The notes: generated by a model from the letters alone, not told the origin. Shown: positions 1-9,405, numbered from the stretch's first letter. The stretch is DNA of 32,000 nt from Amoeboradix gromovi X-113 (GCA_018985225.1 JADGIF010000009.1:15438-47437), one strand, 5' to 3'. Numbers and translations: made by a program.

Positions 1-1
1 T

Positions 2-1150
2 TAATCTCTCAAATGTAGTAGATCCAGTCCACGCTAATAAACAAAAAGGTAGCTGCTCCTTTGTACATACTACCAAGTCCACTTGTCTTGCTTTGCCATC
101 GTGATAAATAACTGTCAGCGCTTTATCCAATTCCCAACTATCATTTTGCTTATTTGCAGTTACATAGCGATATTTCAGCCTCATTGAGATGGAAAATACA
201 TCCGCTAAGACACTATGCTTCTTTAGAGCATTCAATGATTGTTCAAGTATAGTCTCGCAGTAGTCATCTTTGTCATGGGACAGCACTATATCAATGTCGC
301 CAGAATTCTCTTTGCCTCTTCTATAGCCGCCCACAGTTGTATTAGATATATTGTTAGCACTCCAGCTACATATTTCGTCAAGACTACGAACAATCTCACT
401 TACTTTTTCACGACTCAATAAGTCCTTCAAATCACTTCGATATTTGATACCCAATTGAGCAGATTTACTAAGTTTTACATTGGAATTCAGAACAGCTTCG
501 ATAGTATGATATCCTTTGCTGTACCATTCCAAAGCGGTTCTCTCGCCCACACCCCAAATACTAGTTAGGCTTGTAATAGCCATAAAACGATCGGTATGTT
601 GGATTGACAGTGCTTCTTGTACCATATTAGTATCTACAAATTCCTGGATGATGGCACCTATTTTCGGTCCAACAAATGCTACATCCTTGAAGTTTGACTC
701 AACCATTTCGCACAGTGACTTTCTACTAGCTCTGATACCTCCCATGGCATTACGATAAGCCAGAGAGTTAAAAGTCTCGCCATTAAATTCTCGCTCCTTT
801 TGCAATATTTCTAATATAGATATCAGCTCTTTTTTTTGGCCATGATCCAGCGGGAAATCACAAAACACAAGTCTATCATCACTAAATGCCACAGATTCCT
901 CATATACGATGTAATCGCACATCTTGATAGACTTATCGTACTTTAAGTCATCCAGATAGGCGTTGGAAACACATTTACAGTTCGATTGAATATGTTTAAG
1001 AATTCTTTTTTGGACAACCAGGCTGGTGATCACAATGCAGTGATTGGGATTTGCTAACAAAATACCCCCATTTTGTGTTATGAACTTCTCATATTCAAAA
1101 GCATTAGGCAGTTTCACCGGCAGAACAAAAAAGAATTGATTAGCAAACAT
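2..1150 (-). CDS. DNA polymerase family X (Pol4/Pol mu-like), 3' end outside the window
   Basis: Manual translation from ATG at 1150-1148 gives SLAYRNAMGGIRA, VGPKIGAIIQEF, IWGVGERTALEWYSKG (HhH), VGGYRRGKENSGDIDIVL (PolX signature) and RQVDLVV...LLAWTGSTTFERL. It is missing from the ORF track, presumably because it has no stop in the window. Confidence 0.92.
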   Translation of the reverse strand, partial: MFANQFFFVLPVKLPNAFEYEKFITQNGGILLANPNHCIVITSLVVQKRILKHIQSNCKCVSNAYLDDLKYDKSIKMCDYIVYEESVAFSDDRLVFCDFPLDHGQKKELISILEILQKEREFNGETFNSLAYRNAMGGIRASRKSLCEMVESNFKDVAFVGPKIGAIIQEFVDTNMVQEALSIQHTDRFMAITSLTSIWGVGERTALEWYSKGYHTIEAVLNSNVKLSKSAQLGIKYRSDLKDLLSREKVSEIVRSLDEICSWSANNISNTTVGGYRRGKENSGDIDIVLSHDKDDYCETILEQSLNALKKHSVLADVFSISMRLKYRYVTANKQNDSWELDKALTVIYHDGKARQVDLVVCTKEQLPFCLLAWTGSTTFERL

Positions 1151-1264
1151 TATGTGAACACAGATGAAACAAAGTATAATATTAAAAATTTACTAAAATA
1201 GCGAGTAATAGGATATTTAACGCAAAAATAGGCTCATTAATTTTGAAAACTCTTCTTATAGTTG

Positions 1265-1456
1265 TGCGTGGTGGTCTTCGTATACCGCCGTTTTATAGTT
1301 TTTTTCTTGTTACAGGCTCAAAAAATGCATCCGGTTTGATAATGCAACACAATTGCGACAGATTAACCTTCTTTCTTTTAAAATTTGGGCGTTCAAGGCA
1401 TTCTTGCATGTTAAAACTTGTTTTAAATTCTGCAAATTGCCGTTAAAACAGGCATA
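1265..1456 (-). pseudogene. Decayed Fanzor1/TnpB-like C-terminus (RuvC-II, Zn finger, RuvC-III region), 3' part of relic 1
   Basis: Frameshifted motifs in the expected order: AEFKTS (1433-1416), TC-K/ECL, RRLICRNC (CRNC 1360-1349), NR(D)...ACN, then GIRRPP (RRPP 1280-1269). Probably continues beyond copy A (NATLIEKMSLNM, ~2056-2095). Confidence 0.6.
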
Positions 1457-2055
1457 CTCCTCGTTAAAAGACCTGATTTCCGAGAAAATCGAGAATATCC
1501 ACAGAGAAACTAATGCTAGATCTCCGTTAGAGTGATCGCCCACGCTTTCACTACCCCGAGGCGGGATTGAATAAGAATGCATATACTTGATGTATATGTT
1601 CCTTGCTGCCATATGATCTCTATCTATCTTCAAATGACAATTTGTACAGGTGTAAGTTTCTAAGTTGGTTTTCTTTAGAGTACCACACCTTGTACATGTC
1701 TGACTAGTAAATGAGTAAATACTTTATTGCATTCGACCATCGTCTTTCCTCTTTGCTTACACTTGAACTTCAAGCGTTCCTTGAATGTATAATGGGACAT
1801 TGTGGCCATATTTCTTGCGACCTTGCTCGACAAGCTACTTAGCATCTAGCTCGTATTGAACGAGGGTAAGTATATCAGATCATACGTCTTTGTATGCTGT
1901 ACCTGTTAGTTATTTCTTTAGAATTGATTTACCATTTGCGAAAAGGAAGAATATCAAGTATTTAAGCTATTACAAAAATCTCGAAAAGTCCTGAAATTAT
2001 ACAAAAATATATACAAATTCGCAATAAATGATTTATTCAAGAAAATAGTCAAGCT
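1457..2055 (-). mobile_element. Non-autonomous IS607/Fanzor2-type element, copy A
   Basis: Reverse complement closely matches 3197-3813. Left end (C)AGCTTGACTATTTTCTTGAATAAATC, right end GGAAATCAGGTCTTTTAACGAGGAG. Encodes a broken YDLIYLPSF...SHYTFKERLKFKC...TSQTCTRC...CTNC...DRDHMAARNI, with a stop and an ~8-nt insertion relative to copy B. Confidence 0.9.
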
Positions 2056-2123
2056 GTCATGTTCAAGCTCATTTTCTCAATCAATGTCGCATTTATTGTA
2101 TTATCTGTTCATTGATTAGAGAT

Positions 2124-2834
2124 CTAGAAATCTAGATCATTGTCTACATCCAAATCATCATCTTCATCGAAGTCATCGAATTCGTCAGGGACATAGTTGA
2201 TGACGCCTTTTGATTCTTTCTGCTGATGCGGTAGTACCACTTTACTCTTCATCAACAGTTCACCTTGGGTTAATTTTAAATTAAAAGTCAATTGATCCAA
2301 GACATTTCCCTCCTCATTTTTGATAGCGACCTTTTCCTCTTTTTTAATAAAAGCCTCGTAATTCTGGATCTTTTTTGTTTTTAAATTGTATATTTGAGTA
2401 GTCTTACCATTCAAGTACCAAGTTTCTACAACAAACTCATATGCATTTATTGTGGATAAATACGATTGCAAAGGATCTTGCCTTATTAGTTTCGACAAGG
2501 CATTTTCATTTTGCTGATATTTCTCTAAAGTATGCAATTTAGTATGAGCGGCACCGTATTTTATGAAATGATTCTTTGCAAACTCTATTTCTTTTTTATC
2601 ATGAACCAGTGTATTTAAAGTAAAAGATATTTTATACTTATAATCATACACAATGCTATCTATCGTATTGTTTATTACGTGGTCATTTACATCCACAATG
2701 TTCATTTTCCCCAAATCGAATCCATCTTTGTTAACATCGCTATTAAACATCAACGTAAGCAGTTCTTCAGGGATCTTAACCATTTCAAACTCAATGAAAT
2801 ACTGTCGTGGTCGCTGTATGGTTATTAATGGCAT
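2124..2834 (-). CDS. ELP5: Elongator complex subunit 5 (Elp5/Iki1-like)
   Basis: C-terminal LTFNLKLT..E...K.VLP...I.YVPDEFDDFDEDDDLD matches the characteristic Elp5 C-terminal motif. Confidence 0.75.
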   Translation of the reverse strand: MPLITIQRPRQYFIEFEMVKIPEELLTLMFNSDVNKDGFDLGKMNIVDVNDHVINNTIDSIVYDYKYKISFTLNTLVHDKKEIEFAKNHFIKYGAAHTKLHTLEKYQQNENALSKLIRQDPLQSYLSTINAYEFVVETWYLNGKTTQIYNLKTKKIQNYEAFIKKEEKVAIKNEEGNVLDQLTFNLKLTQGELLMKSKVVLPHQQKESKGVINYVPDEFDDFDEDDDLDVDNDLDF

Positions 2835-2875
2835 TGTTTTTACGGAGCGTTTTAAATTGAAATTCCATTTTACTC

Positions 2876-3132
2876 CTCCTCGTTAAAATTCCTGATTTCC
2901 GAGAAAATCGAGAATATCCACAGAAAAACTAATAAATTCATAAGATAAGTTAAACCAGCAACTACAATCACTGGTCTTCTGATGCGGGATTGGATAGATA
3001 TGCAATTATCAATCTACATTCCACGCTCCCATTTTGTATCATTCCTTCAAATAGAAAACTAAAAACAAACTGCTAGAGCGATGAAGTTCACATAATCATG
3101 ACAAATGATTTATTCAATTAAAATGGTAGACT
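2876..3132 (-). mobile_element. Miniature diverged copy E of the IS607/Fanzor2-type element
   Basis: 2876-2933 is nearly identical to the family right end. 2979-3035 is a diverged match encoding KMGAWNV (vs HMAARNI). 3103-3133 matches the left end (AAATGATTTATTCAA..AAAATGGT..CTG). Confidence 0.75.
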
Positions 3133-3383
3133 GTAATACTTTAAGAACAGATTCCACAAGAAGTAGAAAACTATCAAGAAAAAAGTCTCATAATGCAGCT
3201 TGACCATTTTCTTGAATAAATCATTTATCGCGAATTTGTATACATTTTTGTATCATTTCAAGACTTTTCCAGATTTTTCAACAGCGTAGATACTCGATAC
3301 TCTTCCTTTTCACTAATGGTAAATGGAAATGGATATAATCCCGAATGTCAAATCTAAAAAATAACTAGCAGGTACAGCATACA

Positions 3384-3806
3384 AAGACATATGATCTGAT
3401 ATACTTACCCTCGTTCGATACGAGCCAGATGCTAAGTAGCTAGTCGAGCAAGTTCGCAAGAAATATGGCCACAATGTCACATTATACATTCAAGGAACGC
3501 TTGAAGTTCAAGTGTAAGCAAAGAGGAAAGACGATAATCGAATGTAATGAATCATTTACTAGTCAGACATGCACAAGGTATGGTACTCTAGAGAAAACCA
3601 ACTTAGAAACCTACACTTGTACCATTTGTCATTTTGAAGTAGATAGAGACCATATGGCAGCAAGGAGCATATATATCAAGTATATGCATCCTTATTCAAT
3701 CCCGCCTCAGGGTAGCAAAAGCGTGAGCAATCACTCTAACGGAGCATCTGGCACTGCTAGTTTCTCTGTGGAAATTCTCGATTTTCTCAGAAATCAGGAC
3801 TTTTAA
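3384..3806 (+). pseudogene. Truncated Fanzor2 (TnpB-derived) nuclease, C-terminal half
   Basis: KTYDLIYLPSFDTSQMLSS*SSKFARNMATMSHYTFKERLKFKC...CNESFTSQTCTRY...CTIC...DRDHMAARSI. Pro at the canonical RuvC-II position (LPSF) with an alternative Glu (ESFTS) is the Fanzor arrangement. RuvC-I is missing, there is one in-frame stop, and one Zn Cys is Tyr. Confidence 0.88.
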
Positions 3807-3813
3807 CGAGGAG
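3640..3813 (+). ncRNA. Putative Fanzor2 omegaRNA scaffold (copy B), predicted guide from 3814
   Basis: This ~170-nt block is kept in copies A-D and in diverged form in E and F. Similarity stops abruptly at AACGAG(GAG). The position matches omegaRNAs overlapping the TnpB/Fanzor 3' end. The 5' boundary is inferred. Confidence 0.6.
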
Positions 3814-4466
3814 AGCTAGCCCAGTAAAAAATGTGGCAAAATTTTACTTTTTCAGGATACATCACATTGTTAGCGATCCTTTTCTTTGTTCCTACATCGA
3901 GAGTAAACGAGAATAGCGCCATGCTAAGAATAGCACATGCTCATTTCTGCTGAATGGTCCTTGATGCTGTGGTTGCAAATACAGTTGCCTTACCGTATCT
4001 TTTTTTTTCGCTTTCTATGACACCTAAATATCTTACATTCTCTCAGTCTTTGTAATTCATATTCTGAGCCACTATCGTTCCCAAACTACCCTATGCACTG
4101 CGGACCCACCTTTTTTGGACCCATTGATATAAATGATGATTTTACTGCTAGATTAATAGTCGGATAAGGCTTGCATGACATAGTGCTGCACAAAAAACAA
4201 CTCAGGTTTTCTTTTTTATCACCGTTTGATTCTTCTCCAATGCACTTTTTACAGCAATCTTAATTAGTATTGGCGCTAATGTCAAGATGTAGTTATGTGT
4301 CTTTCTCTTTTGATAACTATATTTCCTACAAAGTTTGCTGTCCGTTTCCATAGCTCATGACCATGTCAGTAGTCACAAGTGGCAAAATTATACGTCTATG
4401 GAGAAATGTCATTCCTAATCATGTTACCTGATCTTTGCTATAAATAAGGTGAAAACGTACTTAATT

Positions 4467-5351
4467 ATGTTATTTACCATAGTAGCAGCCCATTTTACTT
4501 TAATCGGATCAAGAGAACAAGCTAAGTGGCCAGCCAGCAATGAGCGCTTCTGGCCGATTAATGGCGGTGCAACATTAAGAAGCGTTGACGATTGTTTAAA
4601 GCTACCTGCCTCTAAGCCAACAGTTGTCCCAAGTGGTCCCTATACCATACATTGGGAAATTGGAAATGGTGCTCATCATGTAGGAATGTGTGAGGCATAC
4701 TTGATAGATACAAAATCAGGGGCGTCAGAAAAGATTGGTGAAGAGGACAACTGCGTGAGTACCAAACAGGCATTAACAGTGGATTTAAGCAAACATTCAT
4801 GTACAAGCTGTGTAATTAAAGCAACAGTAGCTGCCGATCACTTGGTTACCTCAATTGAGAACTATGATTCGTGTATGGATGTGACATTTGACGGTTCAGC
4901 AAGCTCAGATTCCGAAAGCCAAACAACATCACCTGCTGCTAGTGAGACAGTCACAGAATCAACGGCACCTTCTCAAGCTCCGGATACGGCCTCCGCTTCA
5001 TCTGCTCCACCAACTACACCTGATGCTAATAGCGTCTCAGGTACTCCAGAAATAGGGGCAATACCAACCCAGCCTGCTCTGACTGCTCCAGAAATAGGGG
5101 CAATACCAACCCAGCCTGCTCTGACTGCTCCAGAAATAGGAGCAATGCCAACCCAGCCTGCTCTGACTGCTCCAGAAATAGGAGCAATGCCAACCCAGCC
5201 TGCTCTGACTGCTCCAGAACTATCAAACCTTCCAGGATTTACTGCGCCATCTAATGCAGAAAATCTTACTATTAGAAAGCAAAGAAAAAGGCGCCATAGG
5301 CTTTCCAGAAATGTCGGAACAGCAGCTCCAGCCGTAGGAGTGCCTTACTAA
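4467..5351 (+). CDS. Secreted His-brace LPMO-like / copper-binding protein with Ser/Thr/Pro-rich repeat tail
   Basis: ATG at 4467 gives MLFTIVAA|HFTL, placing His first after predicted cleavage. Second His motif HHVGMC, several Cys, E.Y.SC.DV at the domain end, then a low-complexity tail. Confidence 0.6.
   Translation: MLFTIVAAHFTLIGSREQAKWPASNERFWPINGGATLRSVDDCLKLPASKPTVVPSGPYTIHWEIGNGAHHVGMCEAYLIDTKSGASEKIGEEDNCVSTKQALTVDLSKHSCTSCVIKATVAADHLVTSIENYDSCMDVTFDGSASSDSESQTTSPAASETVTESTAPSQAPDTASASSAPPTTPDANSVSGTPEIGAIPTQPALTAPEIGAIPTQPALTAPEIGAMPTQPALTAPEIGAMPTQPALTAPELSNLPGFTAPSNAENLTIRKQRKRRHRLSRNVGTAAPAVGVPY
5044..5219 (+). repeat. Coding tandem repeat, 42 nt x ~4.2 (PEIGA[I/M]PTQPALTA)
   Basis: Four near-perfect copies of CTCCAGAAATAGGRGCAATRCCAACCCAGCCTGCTCTGACTG in two variants (A,A,B,B). 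Confidence 0.97.
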
Positions 5352-5444
5352 TATAATAAACTTTGGTTTTAGTAACTGCATTGTTTAATTTTAAACCTAT
5401 TCTTTCTAAAGACAGACAACTTGATTAAATTAGTTTTATTAGAA

Positions 5445-6660
5445 TCATTGATGCAAATGTCCGCTTGTGGCAAATTGACTGCTCCACACAAATGCCTGAC
5501 TAAGCATACTCTCTATGTCTCTGCTTGTCCATGTTTTTGTATCGGGATTCTGTAAAATGGTCATAATTCCTACAAAATCATTCTTCAATATTTTTTCTTT
5601 AAATCTTTGCAGAAATGAAGCGCAAACATACAGATGAAAATTAGAAAAAGCATCCTTCGCGCCTTCACTTAAATAAGTATCCCAAATCCTTATTATTTGA
5701 GGTAACTGAAACTCTCTTATCAATAAACAGTTCATCCACCTGAACCCAAATTGTAAGAACTCAACGTTTTCAGCATCCAATTGCTTAACAAGCGCAGGTT
5801 CAACTCGCTTCATTAGTTCTTTTAACTGGATGATTTGGCGTTGAATTCCTGGTTGAGTATAAGTATAATGATCCTGTATTCTTTCTATAAGTTTGGTTAA
5901 GCACCAGTAGCACAAAGATTCCAATTCATCCATTTTATCGGAAGAGAGCTCAGCAGGATCATAGTCATTAACATTCTCAATCCCGAGTATGTTAGAGAGG
6001 AAAATAGAAAAGAATGGAGTTAACAAATCATTCATACCTATATAAGTTGGATTTACCTTGAACATAATTTGTTGTTGGATGGCGAATAGACCAGACATAC
6101 AATATACGAAGCATTGCTTTTTGAGTGGCTTCTTTTTGATATAGAGCAATGCTTGGATGTGTTCTGGGCATATCAATTGATATCTGATGCCAAGTTGTTT
6201 CTTCCTTTGATTCACTAAGGGTTATAGAGCGCTGTTCTAGGTATTCAGTTTTGCGTTTGTTTATGAAACTGGCTCTTTTATCGGCATCATTAGGCTGAAC
6301 CATGCCGATTAAGATTGGCCAAATAGCTGCTCTTAATTTATTTGTAGGTATACCGTTCCAGCACAACTTCCGTAGCTCAACTATATTTAGGGACTCAGAA
6401 GAGAGTAGAGCAGATAACCGCTCAGAAAGAGATGCAGGAGATACAATGTTATTTTGGTTGGATGTGGAAGAATTGATAGAAGATTCAGACGCTTTGCGAT
6501 CTTTAGTTTTATTTTCAACTGTCCATAAATCATCATCTGACATTTGCTCTTTCACTTGGACCTTTGGAGGCTTTAATACAGAAAAAAAATCCAACAAGGA
6601 TGATGGTTCCTCATCTTCTCTAGTTATTTTAGCAGGAACCAATTTTGGGGAAGTCCACAT
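5445..6660 (-). CDS. GYP1: TBC-domain Rab GAP, Gyp1/TBC1D22-like, with a 19-nt intron at 6038-6056
   Basis: LRKLCWNGIP, QISIDMPRTHP (IxxDxxR), YVQG|MNDLLTPF (restored by removing the intron), FRWMNCLLIREF, RIWDTYLSE. Confidence 0.9.
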
Positions 6661-6806
6661 CTTTGTTTCGTAAATGAATTTTTAAGAATATCATCAATAC
6701 CATAGAGAATTGACTCAGAAATCAATGAAGCATAAAACGTGAATCATAATAATCCTGATCGTGTTTCTGCACAAATCCTCGTCTACAAAGTGGCTGTGTT
6801 AAAAGA

Positions 6807-9405
6807 ATGTCATTTTTGAAATCAAGCAATAGTTTTGGCTCTCTGTTAGATGGAAAGTTTTTCCACAAGCTAAAGAGATCGGCCACAAACTCTTCCGAGG
6901 CGTTTGAATCGAAGCCAAGTACCGGATTTTTAATTAAAGACTTTAAGGGAAATGGAAGCAAAATTGAATTACCTTGTGATATGGGTGAGCAAGTAGAAAT
7001 TTTGGCGTATGTTGATGATTTAAGTTATGTATGTAGAAATTCGGATTCCAAAATTGGCATAATTCCAAACGAGTTTTTGAATTTGGAAACCTTGTCAAAA
7101 TTTGAAGTACCAAGCATCAGGAACTTTATAAATTCTGAATTTTCTCAGGACAAAAACTTCTCAGCATTCGTCATGCATTACGAGCTAAGTAGATCAATGG
7201 ATGACCATAAAAGCGATTATTTTATCGGTACAAAGTCAAAATTATCCGCATCACAACCACAGCTAGCAATCCTTCCCTATCTGGATGTCATAAAAATTGG
7301 TAAATTCAACTCTAGCAATACAATCGATGCAACTTTGGTAACAGTGTACAGCGAATTTGAAAACAAAAAGATATTAATTGAGACAGACTGGACTTTAGGT
7401 GAGACTAAAAATAACATCCTAGACAAGTTTAAAATTTTAGATAAAGAAAGATACCAACTTATGATTAAACTCAACAATAGCCTTACTCCGTTGACTGATT
7501 TTTTGTATTCCGCATTGATGCAGGATATTATGGCTGAAAAAAACATATACATTCGAAAGATATCGAGATCTAAAAAGCAACACAGTCCCAACTCTTTATC
7601 AAAATCGGGTTCTAATGTGTTAAGCCGCACTCCAATCTCTTTATCAAAATCGGGTTCCAATCTGCTAAATCGCAGCATATCAATGAAGAAAGCCAAACAC
7701 TTTGAAAACATAAATTATGGCACACTACTAAATGATTTTACAACTCATAGAAATACAAAGTGGCAACCAGGAGAGAATCTTATTATTTTAGCATTTATCA
7801 GTAAATCAAACCCGCTTTTCGTCTGCAAAGGGTCTAATTCTGTAATAGATGCAATTCCTACAAAACAAATTAATTTTCAAGGCAGTAAATCTGAATTACC
7901 AACTTTAGAAGATTTGAGAGTCGAATCAACAAATGATCAAGAGCTGGCCGACTTTTTTGCTAACTATGATTGGACCAGGCAGGTTTATACTCCAATATCT
8001 GTGAAGGAACCATTTAGGCAAGTGCGTCTACGCAGTAACTCTTCTCCACTAACTACAGAAAAAGACCCAATCAAGATTAAAGCTATCTCTAATGATTCTA
8101 TCAGTGTCAAATCTTCTAACATAGATGTTGTACAAACCACTTTAACGGTTATTGGAGAAGAGGCAGAAACTAAAAGAATTATGATAGATTTGGAATGGAC
8201 ATTATCCACATTTCAAAACTATGTATATGGAAAATTCAAAGTAAGTAATCCAGGCGAGTATCAGTTACTAATTGTGAGCAAAGGGTCCCCAACCGAAGTG
8301 ACTGAAAAAATATTTTTCAAGTTTCTTAGTGATAATAGAGAGAAAATTGTATATCTAAAAAAAAAGAATTTTTACAACTTAGAAATTAAACCCTCAGCAG
8401 AGATTTCTAAATCAAAAAGCGAATTTTCAACTGATGCAAATCGTGATTCGATGGATTCCATGACTAATTTTACTGATTCTATTCGTAATGGTACCGTATT
8501 TAAAGTATTACAAAAAGGCGAAAAAGCGCCTTACAGTCCTGAATCAAGAGACAATGGGATATTAGTTCAAACTGTTTTAAAAGGTAGATTGTTGGGGAAA
8601 GGAAACTCCGCAATTGTTTATCTTGGAATGGAGAGCAAAACGGGGAAAGCCATTGCAATTAAAGAGATAGAAATATCCTCAAAATATACAACTAAAGAGG
8701 AAATGCAATCCGTCGCAAATGTACTGAAAAAAGAAACGCTATTACTGAAAAAAATGAAGCATGAAAACATTGTAGAATACTATGGATTTAATATGGTAGG
8801 TGGAAAACTTCAGCTGCTCCTTGAATATGTACCAGGTGGTAGCATACAATCGATGATTGCGAACTGTAATACATTTCCGGACTCTTTGGTTATTAATTTT
8901 TCAAGAGAAATACTACGCGGTCTAGTATATTTACATGACAGACACGTGCTTCATAGAGATATCAAGTCATCTAATCTACTGATTGATGACAAGGGACATT
9001 GCAAGCTGACTGACTTTGCATATGCCGTAAATTATGTTAATCTAGGTAAGCGAAAACAAGAAGAATGAAGTGAGCTTTATCAACTCAAACTATCTAAGAA
9101 ACTCAGAGTTGCAATCCTCGGTTTATTGGATGGCGCCTGAAGTGGTGTGTTATTTGCACTACAGCACTGCCTCTGATGTATGGGCTTTTTGCTGCGTTAT
9201 GATAGAAATGTACACTGCCAAATTACCATGGGGTGATATTGGTCAGGTAGAAGCGTTGTTTAAGATTGGAAAGCAAATGGCACCGCCATACCCAGAGTCC
9301 ATTTCAATCCTTGCATTAGATGTTCTAAAAAAGGGGATGGCCATTGATTACAAAACACGACCTTCTGCGTCTGCCATTCTTAAGCATCCATACCTAAACT
9401 CGTAG
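6807..9405 (+). CDS. STE11/MAP3K-like Ser/Thr kinase with long N-terminal region, intron starting at 9046
   Basis: LGKGNSAIVY, IAIK, HENIVEYYG, EYVPGGS, HRDIKSSNLL, DFA, then SVYWMAPE, SDVW, RPSA in ORF 9070-9405. The GTAAG donor at 9046 can join in frame to an AG ending at 9070 or 9106. Confidence 0.88.

Larger units (their letters stand above)
3197..3813 (+). mobile_element. Non-autonomous IS607/Fanzor2-type element, copy B
   Basis: Left end (C)AGCTTGACCATTTTCTTGAATAAATC. A TnpA N-terminal stub (VKSK..TSRYSI) is fused to the Fanzor2 C-terminal half. Right end TTTTAACGAGGAG ends at 3813. No TIRs or obvious TSD. Confidence 0.92.

Noticed and set aside
239-758. Short plus-strand ORFs, and similar antisense ORFs over ELP5, GYP1, the kinase, VCX1, TAF5 and the TBC genes
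   Set aside because: They are shadow ORFs opposite or overlapping well-supported genes.
1310-1633. 107-aa ORF as a real gene
   Set aside because: It is a chance read-through from the frameshifted end of copy A into the flanking Fanzor1 relic.
3465-3806. ORF as an intact miniature TnpB/Fanzor
   Set aside because: It lacks the REC/WED regions and RuvC-I, is preceded by an in-frame stop and has a Zn-finger Cys>Tyr change.
1457-3813. A and B as inverted ends of a composite transposon carrying ELP5
   Set aside because: Each copy has its own complete ends and A appears inserted in its own target, so independent insertions are the simpler explanation.
3990-4070. Minus-strand ENVRYLGV, resembling a non-LTR reverse transcriptase motif
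   Set aside because: A single short motif amid stops, with no other RT motifs found.
5044-5219. Regular repeat as a possible CRISPR array
   Set aside because: The units are contiguous with no spacers and are in-frame coding repeats.
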